Below are positions 1-12,400 of a stretch of DNA of 64,000 nt, piece by piece. The notes under the pieces are model-generated. The model was not told the DNA's origin and made no database searches. It was given only the letters and a program-made list of their open reading frames with translations. Position 1 is the first letter of the stretch. Every line of letters starts with the position of its first letter. The stretch comes from Perna viridis (taxonomy: Eukaryota), in the NCBI GenBank assembly GCA_037379345.1, contig CM074521.1, forward strand, positions 32,264,704 through 32,328,703. The letters are read 5' to 3'. A program made the position numbers and the translations under genes.

Positions 1-364
1 AATTGTATATAAATCACAATCATATGAAAACAATTTTTTTTTAAATAAAAAATGTTAGGAGAATTTAAAAGAAAAGTTAATGTCAGTTTGTAAGAATTGC
101 GAAATATGTTGTACATGTTTCATATTCATTAAAGGGCACAAAAGTGTTTTTCTTTTTTCTTTTTCTTATTGTTTAATAAAAAGCAACAGCTCTACAAAAT
201 TCCACTTGTGTTCATACAATTTATTAATTTCGTAATGTTAACAAAGGATCGACGATTCAAATCGATGAGCAGCTGTCATTTTGTTTGTATTATACAAATG
301 TATATACCTATCACAATTCTCAATTACACTATTATTGCAATGACTAAAATATCTTTGCATGTCT

Positions 365-1160
365 TGTAGATTCCCTTGCAATAATCTTCCCATTTCCACA
401 TTCCAAACTGAATATTTCCATGTCTATTCCAAGATACATGTTACCAATTTCCCATGGAATTTCGAAACACCATAATCCCTTTCTTCAGAATATCTGTAAA
501 AACAATTCATCTTTTACTCTTTTCAACTAAATAATGCTTAAGCCTTTTCCAACAAAAAATAATGTATGTTACCCATTCTCTGCGTCTAAATAAAAAATAG
601 CTTCCCCCGAAGATATAGTATCTACCTATCCATATTACTCGATAGGAATTACTCGTATACTATAAGTTCCATTAACACTACGTACAGATTCTTTGAAAAC
701 ACTTCACTGATAGCCCATCCATATATAGTTGATATTCTTAAACCTAGTATTTCCATTCTTCATTCTTAAATTGGTGATACTCTTACATTCTCTTGATTTC
801 TAGAATCTTTGTTCTCTTGATTACTCTTAACCATAATATTTTCATAGTTCACCTTTTAATAGGTAATACGCATTTCTCGTAGATTCTTTGAAAATCATAT
901 ACTCATTCCAATCCTACAATAAATAAAATTCTTTTCCATTAGGTCACTGAACACTATCTTCCTCCTTTCTAAACTGATAGTACCCATTCCCCATAGACTC
1001 TTTGAACAGCATCTTCCCAATGCCCATTCCCATAGACCATCCACTTTTTAACCATTCCTTAGTAACTATTTCTCATTCCCTGTCCCAAAAGAATATATCA
1101 ATTTTCCATTGATTCCCGATTCTTATGTAACACTTCGTACCCCCATACTTTACTAAAAGG
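365..1160. repeat. Highly degenerate pyrimidine-rich tandem repeat
   Basis: Recurrent cccattcc / tagattctttgaa motifs. Confidence 0.4.
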
Positions 1161-1225
1161 TATTGTGATAATCATTACTCCGGTCAATACAACTTTTCAT
1201 ATCCAGGCATATGGCATATTAACGA

Positions 1226-1520
1226 AAGAGTAATCAAGGGAACCATGATAATAGTGGTAATCAAGAGAATGTAATCAAGGGACAAAGACCAGACATGGAA
1301 AACAGACATACACAACAAAGTACGTTAAGTAACTAAAATCATACATACAAAGTAACAAAAGCAAATGAGCAACTCGGACTCCACTAAAAACTGGGAGCAT
1401 GAACCAGGTGCACCGGTAGGGTAAGCGTCCTCTGCTTTTCTAGAGACACCCGCCGAGTTGCTCATAAGAAGTCAAGTCCGGGGTAGACAAACGAGAAAAG
1501 GAAAACTATGACCCGTTGAA
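1226..1520 (-). mobile_element. Penelope-derived non-coding repeat (family B)
   Basis: Near-identical reverse complement of 43212-43396 (gtaatcaagggacaaagaccagacatggaaaacagacata...gcaactcggactccactaaaaactgggagcatg). Confidence 0.7.
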
Positions 1521-1619
1521 TAAATCACGAAGGAGTGTGAAGACACTTTATTGCGGGAACGACAAACATAGACGTTAAACACCGAAAAAAGACAGTTTAG
1601 AGGACCTTGCCTAGACCAC

Positions 1620-2345
1620 TAACAAGTGATCAATGTGGCTAGAAGAAGCCGGTGGTGTACGTAGTTTCTGAAAGTCAGTGAAATACATGCCGTCAAATAA
1701 CTCAAGATATACATGACTACAATAATTCAGTGAATTATGTTCCTACTGAAAGCCATTGGTTTACACGACTACAAAGAACCAGTGATGTACATGGCTTCAA
1801 AAAATCAGCAATGCACGTGTCTTAATCGAACCAGTGATGTTCCATGGCGTCAAAGAACTAATGATGTAGGTGGCTGTAAGGAATCAGTGATGGACATGGC
1901 TCAGATAAACCAGTGTTGTACATAGCTACAAAAACAATTAGGACGTTGCTGCGAAGAACATGTGATGAACGTGGCGAATTAGAACCAGTGATGTACGTGT
2001 GTACAAAGAACCGATAATGCACGTTGATGTAAGGAACCGGTGACTTACATAGCTTCAGAACCAGTCATGTGCGTGCATACTGAGAAGAGTGATGCACATA
2101 GCTACTAAGAACCAGGGATGTACGTGGCTGCAAAATCCAGTGATGTACGTAGATACCAAAAATGAGATGTTTTTGTGGCTCCGTCGAACCATATATATCA
2201 TGGCTACTATGAGACAGTGGTGTATATGGCTACAAAGAACCAGTAATGTACATGGCTATAAAGAACCAATGATGGGACCAGTAATGTTCATTTATACCAT
2301 TAAGCAGTAATGAAGTTGGCTTTAAAGAACCAGTTTTGTACCTAG
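1620..2345. repeat. Degenerate minisatellite, about 26-bp unit (gaaccagtgatgtacatggctacaaa)
   Basis: Roughly 25-28 diverged tandem units. Confidence 0.8.
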
Positions 2346-3289
2346 TTACAAAAAGTGGTGTTCAATATATGAAACCAGTTAAAAATAAGCCAAAAAATTG
2401 TAAAATGGAAACGATTTGGTATGCGAAATTTGGTATGCGAGCGAACATTGCTCTTTAAATGTATAGATATTCGTGAAAAAAAATCATGATACTGACGACT
2501 AGAAAAAACGCTACATCGTAATCTATTGATGCCTTATATACTAGAAGACAAGGTTCTTCTATTTAATTGGAATGATTTGAACATTTCCAAATAAATTTAC
2601 TTCCAGATAATCAAGTCATCACTGAAAAAAATGCGAGTTCTATGTCGAACACGGGACCGTTTGGCCGATAATATCACAAATATTTGGAAAGGCCTTGGCG
2701 GTCCTCGCTGATGAAAATATTCTGGTCAATTCAGCCATATGTGGAAATGAAAAAAAAAGTTGACTTCACTACCTTATGCTTCGCTTACACTAAAGGTTAA
2801 TTTCTTCCTCATATTATACATTGTACTTCGGTCCAAAATAATAGCCAAAAAAGGGGAAAAATAATAGGAGGGTGCAGTCAATATACATGCCTGAAACCGC
2901 ACGTGACTTAGCTCCAATCCCAATATTTTATTGGACGTTCCCTTGATTACTCTACCAAACAGCCCGAGACTAATTATGGTTATGAACTTCAAATTGGATA
3001 ATTGGATAACATAGACCTGCAAGAGAACTAAAAACGAAAATGTACAAAATGTTCGTTAGATGTTGTTGGTGACGAATACCACTACCTTTTTGTTTGTAAC
3101 AACCAAGAAATAATAACATTACGAAATAGATATATCCCAAATTCTTATGTGCAAAACTGTAGTATTGTCAAAATGGCGGGTATGTTCTCTTTGTGTCACA
3201 CTAATCTTTTGAAAAATGTATCTTTATTTTTGAAAGGACTCGGAAAACTTTTTGCCTACAAGTGATTTACTCCTGTCCGCTATGTTTCT

Positions 3290-3424
3290 TTTCTTCCATA
3301 TATATATGTCACTTTGTCTTTGTCTTTGTATGTTTGATATGTTGTATGTTGTAACGTTTGTTTGCTCATGTTGCACACTGTGCCTGAGCTTTTCTAAATA
3401 AAATCTTGAATCTTGAATCTTGAA
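3290..3424 (+). mobile_element. Short LINE 3' tail remnant
   Basis: AATAAA followed by (TCTTGAA)3, the same tail type as the 43419-43437 LINE end. Confidence 0.5.
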
Positions 3425-4277
3425 CAACATATGTAAGCTTTTTAACTTCATCTTTTTGTTGTCTTTAATCAAATATTGTAATAACCAAAATATTGGTTTT
3501 TTAATTGAAATAATTGAGAAATGTTTTTAATGGGGATTTTTTAGGAATTTTAGAATCACATTGTGATTTAATTTAGTGCCTGTTATGTTATTATTTTCTA
3601 TATGATTAAAGAATATTATTATCTTCACCATAAATGCACAAGGAGTACATTTGAATTCTATACGGTTTGTGTACGCATTCAACGATCATTTTCGTTCATA
3701 TTGATGTAATTTAAGCGGGGTAGGATGTACACTGTTTCGCCTAAAAAGCCTGAGATAAGTTTAATTATTTATTACTTTGGCTTATTAGAATGCTATATAA
3801 ATGTGTTTAAATATACAAAAGCTTGTTTGATGTACGTTACTTGAACAAAATGCCAATTACAGGAGAAATGGAAGAAAATATGACATTCCAAGAAAATAAT
3901 TTTTTACGAATATTGTCACTTTGAAACTGTGAAATAAGCGCCAGATATGAGCAGGTGTATTGAATATATCGATAGATAAAACAATGGCTTCCCAGCATGT
4001 TTGTTTTACATCGTTTATTTGCTAAAAATTGACATTTTGTTTTCTTGTTGAGGTATTTTTTTTAAGGACTGTAATTTTTCACCTAATTTGACTCGAAAAA
4101 GTTCAAATATTTATTATTTTGGCTCATGTGTATCATTCAAAAGCTTGTTGGAACTACGACATTTTGAAATAAAAATGACACAACAGGTGGTATAGAAGAA
4201 AATATGATTTTTTTTTAAATTCCCCTTTTTATTTTTTATCACAGTTGTAACCCAAAATATGGGAAAGAAAATCCAAG

Positions 4278-4715
4278 ACCGAGATCAAGCACGTTGGACA
4301 TTCTATGTTTGATATTCGACATTCAAACTTTTCAGTATCAAACTGAATATCAAACGGTAAAATTTTACCGTTTGATATTCGTTTGATATTCATTTCTGGC
4401 TACTTTTAAGAATGTAAACTCTAAACGAATGTCAAATGAATATCGAACAGACAAAACTCCTGTTTGATATTCATTTTGATATTCAAATCCATTCTATATT
4501 CAATATATAAACCGGAAACGAATTTCAAAGGAATATCGAACAGAAAAAGATAACCGTTTGATATTCATTTAGAGTTTACATTCTTAAAAGTAGCGAGAAA
4601 TGAATATCAAACGAATATCAAACGGTACAATTTTACCATTTGATATTCAGTTTGTTATTGAAAAGTTTGAATGTCGAATATCGAACATGGAATGTCCAAC
4701 GTGCTTGATCTCGGT
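4278..4715. mobile_element. Palindromic MITE / fold-back element with inverted arms of about 150 bp
   Basis: accgagatcaagcacgttggacattc... at 4278 and ...gaatgtccaacgtgcttgatctcggt at 4715; repeated tttgatattc / gaatatc(a/g)aa motifs inside. Confidence 0.85.
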
Positions 4716-6417
4716 AAATTTAAGCCACTTAATTGATTTAATACATTGGATATATCATGTTAATCACGAATGTCTAATTATAAGTTTTACAGTGTAGGTA
4801 TGTTGTGAATGAGAATTTCCTTTGATTCTGAATTTAGTTGTCTAGGGGAAGGCTTAATATTTTAAACTTTGTTTTAAATTTAATTATCTATCGAATGATA
4901 CCAAATCTGAGACGTTTTGGATCAGCAATAACTTGTAGAGTCGTATTTGCGCGACTTTTATGAGAAAATCGAAAATCCCATTTTTTTGTATTTTTTTTTT
5001 TTATAAATAATGACTATGAAATCACCACAAGTAATCAGAAGAACCCAAGATGTATTGATTGTGCTAAAACTAAAAAAGAAAATACCAAATAAGTCATTTT
5101 TATTACACGAAGCAAACATAGAAGTAAATGTGTAAATTTAAGCGATTTTCCGGTGGGGTGGGGGTGGGGTACATAATTTGCATTTTACTCATTGCAAGTG
5201 TTTCCGCAACTTCTTTGGTACCATTTGAAAGCTGAGATACTTGACTGAGTGGTGATTTTACATATGCCAATTTACTATGCTTTGTAGTAAGTAGAAGTTA
5301 GAACTTTGCATCATCGAAGTATAAAAAAGTAAAAAAAAAACAAAAATTGCCTTGGTTTATTTTTTGGGGTCAATTCGATCCGTAAATGTGAGGTACAAAT
5401 GTATGAGTGTACATGAAAAGCATATTTTGGTTGATTAGTGGGTTACGAACCGTATTGCGAAATAAATACACATTTTCGTTTGTACCTACAAAGAAAGGTA
5501 ACTCTATCTGATCTGTGTGAATGGGTTCAGAAAAAGAAACCTAGCAACAACGTTAAAAAAAAACTTATGTCGGTAACAAATCTACAGAAGTCAGATATGG
5601 AAACCCCGGGATCGTGATTACCTTATCCCGGAATTTCCTAATACGGTTATTAAAAACTACAAAATATAATAATAAAATAACAAAATTTTAATCTGAAGCC
5701 GTTAACATTGATAGGCATACATATCCGGTTAAAGCTTCATACATGGTACATGTATGACTTGCAAATAAACGGATATAACATCGTTATAATCTACAATGGG
5801 GTCAACTGTTTGTATAGTTTATTTTGTTTTAAAAAAGACAATTTTAACATAAAAGTCTATTGGAAAATGTGTTTTGTTAAACCAAATCAAAAACCTTACC
5901 CTGTAATGAAAGAAAACGGAGCTAATTATGAAATTGTCAACGGTAAAAGAATCAAGAGCCAAACTCTAAAAAATTGCGTTCTTTTTTATCGGCACGAAGT
6001 TACGATTTTAAAGCGGAATTTCGTAAATTTAAAGTTTTCTTTCTAAAATTAAATTAGCACTTCAGCCTTAAGTAGAAGGTTCCGGCTTAATTTCAATACA
6101 TTCTTATCAAGTTCCTGCGTGAGTTGTTAAAACAATTAAAGATTGAACATTCCCCATATTTGATGACAAAATTCAAGATTATGGAATTCATAATATCCAT
6201 TGTAAATTTATTCACATGATTTCACTATCACAAGAAAAGCACAACTAAAAGAAATAAATTTTGATTTCTGGTTTTATTTTATTATTATTGTTTTCATAAC
6301 TAGGATTTAAAAAGATTGACATGCATTGTATCTAAATAGGACAAGAATCATGTCATCGGATTAACTTATCTGTTTGTATGAAATTAACACGGATACAGTC
6401 AAATAATATTTTTTTCT

Positions 6418-9400
6418 ATGGACTTCATCAAACTGTTTATATTTTGTGGATGTATTTCTTTTGTGAATGGCATTAGTAAGTAATTATGTCTGTATTAATA
6501 TCTTGAAATCCATTTCTGTCTTTTTGGCTAAAACGTGAGATTCCTATATATATATTTTACAAATATTTAAGTACTATTATATTTAAAACATTAAGCTATA
6601 TGTTTTGTATCTGCCTTAAACACTTCCTTTCAGAAAATATTGTCACTTTTTCTTGGGATTTATTATTCCTATTAGTTGTACCTTTCTTGTGATAGTGAAA
6701 TCATGTCAATCAATTTACAGTTGATATCGTTAAGTCCATAATCTTGAATTTTGTCATAAAATATAGGGAGTGTTCGATCTTTAATAGATATTAACTTGTT
6801 TTATGAATATTCTTTGCAAAATGTTCTTGTTGAAGAGGGGAAGACTTAATCATTAATCATTGTGAATATGTGCTAAGTTTGACTTGTTATATCAAATGTT
6901 AACCTCTTCCAACTAAAACCTTTCTGTTAATTTCTTGACAAAAAACGCACTAGGGCACAATGCAGCAAAGGGAGACAACTTATAGGTATTTACACAGAGA
7001 CACGTAGCACTACAAATTAAATTAGTTACGAACATTTTTGCTATCATTTCAACATTTTTCTAAAACAAATTACAATTGGGAAACCGTCATGTGCCACCCA
7101 CTAATATAATATACGGAACTGTACTTTATAGTTACAATCTAAAATATACGAAATAAGAAAAAAAAATGAATGAAATGGTTTACATGTTTATATAGAAGAC
7201 ATTCTTGTTAAAAAAAAAAACACCTACTATAAATCATACACGGAATTAAAAGGAACCATATAGTTGGAAACGTTTATGTGATAGAATACAAAACAAGATA
7301 GGCAAACAAGAGATTATAAAAATATCTAGACAAATTATAAATTTCTTCCGGCTAACTCAAAACTTGAATACTCGTATGTTTGTTTTTGTGGAATAGAGAA
7401 AAAAACATTTGACGTAAGGAGTAAACATAATCATGTTTATTGCTTTTGAATACGAACAAAACCTTAACGTTAAAAGGTGGTAAGACTGACAAATGATTGT
7501 TATACATTGGCAGATCCTAAGATGATGTTCCGGGGGTGCAAACCCTTTCCCTCTTTTCTGGAAAAAAATATTTTGTGCAAAAGTTTGGAAGTTGGACAAA
7601 AGATACATATACCCTGGAAGCTCCTTAAATAGATTTCTGAATTGGAAACTCCCCTTTTAATATAAATTTCTTGATCCCTTAGTTCTACCAGTACAGGGAC
7701 CTGTCTTTGCTATCGTGTGCTACAATGTATAAACGTACTATACTTTAGTAGATGAACGGTTCACTATTAAGCACTACGTGACTCTTCGTTTAATGATACA
7801 TGTATTTAAAATTTGCGTTCGAAAAAAAAAATAAAGCAAACAACAACAAATAAAAAGGCAAATAAACAAACAGAAATAAATTAGAAATATACAGTTATAA
7901 TGTCTAACATTCTAATGAAAAATATGTGCACAAATCTAGTGATGCAGAGCTCAAATAATGGTCTTTTCCATTAGAGAAAGCATCAACAGTTTAGATATCC
8001 AAAAACTAACGCGTCTAGACGACACCTATTATTCAGAATCTTCACAGTGAAACATTTTGGAGAATGTGTCTAAGTCGTTGTATAAAACTTGAGCTAACAG
8101 AAATGATTTCATCATTCATTTCAACTTGACTCATCTCAAACCATGTTCAAAGATCAAACGTTGTAATTGACTCTCCTACACAATGTTTACTTATTCCAAA
8201 CTAGAACATCTTACATAGACACAATGGTGACATTTATCTAGTGTATTTATTATTGTTTTTAAGACTTTGTTCGGTCAGTATGAAAGTATGAAGCTTACAT
8301 GCAGTACTAATATTTGAACAAAGACATTTGAAGTATGACTGTTTATTCTATTTTCAGGATATTCTGGTAAATTCACCACCGTTTTATCCACGTGGAGTAA
8401 CGCGCGACTTGCTAACAAATTGGTAGGATATGGTCTGAGCGGTAATTTGTCAGATATTCTAGTTACTGTAGAAGGAAATAGTTATACTTATGGATGGATA
8501 GAGGGGCTGTCAGCATATCAACCATGGTTTGAATACTTGGGTGGGTACACATTCAAATGTGCCTCATATGATTATCATATGGTGCTCGATTCATATGACA
8601 CTTTACATTTGGTAGTCATATGATTATCATAATGATTCTCATATGTTATTTTTTTCTGTAGTTTAAATGTTGGGCATATTGCCATTCTTTCAGCTTTTTT
8701 AATTCAGCCATTGAAGTTGCATACGTACATATAGAAAAAAGTTCATGGCTTTTTATTCGTTACAGGTTGTTATGTAATTAGTAATTCGAAAGTAAAAAGT
8801 ACATGGTCTGTCGACAAGGGAGATCAAGTGTTAGATTGTGTTAAGTCATGCAGTTCTACATGGTCATATTTTGGACTACAGGTATCTTAACTATTCAGAC
8901 AAATAGCGAGAAACTCTACAAATAAATATACACACAATCATTCATTTACATTGTAAACATCCAACAAACGAACAACATTAAATAGCCAAAATAAAAATTA
9001 AAAAGCCAAAATGAGATCGACTTTACACAAATTTGGGAATAGTAGATAGCAATGGCATCTTATCTTTTTAAACGCATCCATTGTGGCAAGACAAACAGAT
9101 TTAAAACATTCGACAAATGTCTTATGTCACAAGCAAACTGTTGATAATGTATACATGTTAATGTCGTGATTATAATTCAATAATAAAATAATGAATAATT
9201 AAATAATAAAACATAATTAATTAATAATAATGAATTAAATTAATAAAGGCAAATTAACAGGCAAACTATAGGCAATATTCAAAGGGAATAACCAAAAGAA
9301 GTCCATATAACAAATAACAATACCAAGGCAAAACCCGAAATGTTGGAAACAATCTTACAGTTATGGTCCTGACTTGGTACAGGCATTTCCGATTGAAATG

Positions 9401-12400
9401 TGGGGTTAAACCAGATTTTATAGAGAATTAAAGCTCAGGCTCCAAATTGTCACCGGGAAAATTGGGTAAAATCAGTAGCCAAAGCAGTACATAAGATATA
9501 CTGATGATGTTGTTAAATCCATCGTCATGACTGCAGGTTTTACTCATATCGTTCACATATACTCGCAGCTGCCAAATGCGATATTTAACAATTTCTAAGT
9601 TGTGGAGGATAAAAAACACAGATACACGGACAGTCAAGTTAGTGATTGTTGTTTTGGCTACTGTTTTTTTTTATAACAAAAGATTTCAGTTTATATGTAT
9701 TTAAAACTTACAATAGAATACTCCGAACTTACAATAAGATACACTTACCCAGCTGTTTTTTTTTTTCAGCAAAACAAATGTGTTTGCCTTGACATTATCG
9801 TACCCGATACCTCTGACGTTATCAGTCAATGTACAAGTAACTTCTGCACGGATGATACATATGCTTTTTGTGCTTCAGACAACCAGACTCTGCATCAATA
9901 TGCTGTGTATAAAAGAAGTAAGACAAACTATATACTCAAAGTAATGTGCATTCGATATGTTGATACCATTAGGGTCTACACGTAATTTATCATTCGACTT
10001 GCTAATGTAAAATGCTTGTTTCTGCGAAAAAAGATAACAAATTCAATCGGCAAAAAATAAACATGTTATGCAGGAAAATGAAACGTTAAATCACGACCAT
10101 AAAGATTTTATGCGTTCAAACGATTTTGTAATGCAAAAGAGCCAATTATCTCACCCAAATTACCGAAAACCCAAATGATTAGTCATGCAAATTGGAACCA
10201 AGATTCCAGGGGAAATCAAAGGAGTATAATCCAGGCATAAAAACTAGACAGTGAAAACAGACACACACAACAAAAAGTGTTAAAAAATTATAGTAACACA
10301 CATAAAAAAGAAGAAAAGTAAATGAGCATCTTGGACTTCACTAAAAACTTAAGAGTATGGTCCAGGTGCACTAGTATGAAAAGTGTCGTCTGCTTTTCTA
10401 GAAACATCCACATATAAAATGTCATGTCCGAGGTAGACGAAAGAGGAAAGGAAATTACGACACGATGAGCGAATCGGTTCTCATGGTGCAGATGGATATA
10501 CCATAACGATCCACGAGTTCATGATGACGACCATAAAACTTCTGTAGGGATGACTTCAATCTTGAAGCAACATAGACATGTTCAAGAAGACTAGAAGTAA
10601 GAAGCGGAATAATAGTGCGTTCTTGCCCCTTGTGCGACCTTGATTTTAGAAATAGACTATTTTTATCTTGTATCTTGCATATCAGAAATTGATAATACAA
10701 TTTACCATAATGCAAACAATGTTCTGATGTTATATATCATATTCATTATAATTTCAGGCCCGGAGGAAAGGTCCATCAGAAGCGGAGTTGGTGGATGCCT
10801 GGTTTTAACCATTAAAAGAAGCCAGTCACCCTCAGTCTACTACGAAACAGCGTCGTGTTCAACCGGACTGAGACCACTCTGTTTTAAAAATGGTATGTAT
10901 TTAAAATTAATGAACCGCACAAGGAAGACTAATCATACAGAGCAGATCTCGTAGGCTGGGTGCTTAGACTTGGCCCGTTACTCGTTTGCCCTAACTGAAG
11001 TTACATAGATATTATAACCAAATCTACTAAATTCTGACAATAAACCTCGAAAACAATGACTATATTGTCGTCTATCAACGGCGTGTGTTTTTGTTTTGTT
11101 TTTGGTTTTGTTGGTTTGTTTGTTTGTTTGTTTGGGTTTTTTTGCATTCATTGTGCATATTTTCGTTATTTCAGCAAGTTCTAGACACGCCTTATAGAAT
11201 ACGTCATGTCGCATATTTTCCCTATTAACCCCTCAATTCTTGGTAAAACCTTGACAAACACTGTCATATACTCATCTATTTAAAATGTATTTGTATTTAT
11301 AGGGAGAACGTACTACTATACTACTGGTACCAACTGGAACGGGGCAGTGGACATATGTAAATCAGCAAGCACTGTAATGGCCTCACCGTACATGATAGCA
11401 GGGTCTACTATTTCTACACCGGATGGGTCGTACTGGCTGGCACAAATACGGAAATCACAGTTTTATTTAATAAAAGGTATAAATGACAGGCCGTATTTTC
11501 GGATACAAAGACTAAGAAAGACTGAAACGAACGTGTTGTTATTTCATAGTTTACATTGAAAATGATTATTTACATTGTCCTTTCCTGGTTTTACGCAGTT
11601 TTTATTGAAAAAAATATGAATATTTATAAATATAAATTCTTGTATCCCATACATGTAACTACGATGACTGCAGAAATACACAACAAAGAATATAAAATAA
11701 CAAAAATAATACTTGCAATCAATACTGCTGTAGTGGTGACTTCAATCTTGTATGATAAACCCTGTACCAGAAGCCCAGTAAGAAGTCAAGCGCGATACAA
11801 AAAGTCTGCGTTGTTACGGCAAATATGCGTAGATACAGCAAGCTCAAGATTTACGTATGAGTTGTGACATGAAAACTCTATACGCGGGTACTGAAGGGAT
11901 GTTTTCACAGATGAAAAAAAGTTGGCACGGAATGAAAAGAAAGTCATCGCGTTTGTCGTACAATTTGGTGAATTGTTTTCCATAACCATCGATCTCTAAG
12001 TGCATGTCAAGATACTTCACAGTGTCTGTAGTATCCTTTATCTCAAGTTTTTGTATGTAGATGCGATGTATCAAATCCCCGATAATACGTCGCCTACATA
12101 GCGAAAACTGAGATAAAAGGATCTAGCTAAACAAAATAATTATTTTGGATCGCAAAAAAACGACCAATAATTTACTAGAATCCACCATTATCCACCATTC
12201 CAAAAATGACTGGATCCGCACCTTTAATTAAATAAGATTACTTGATTGATTGTTGGCATTAACGCCAAAGCAGCAATATTTCAGCTATATCCCGGAGATG
12301 AACATGAAATGGATGATAGAATGAACACGAGATGATGATGAAATAAAATATGGGGTGGGACACAAGGATAGTAGGGTCGACGAATTTTGATTACCACTGG

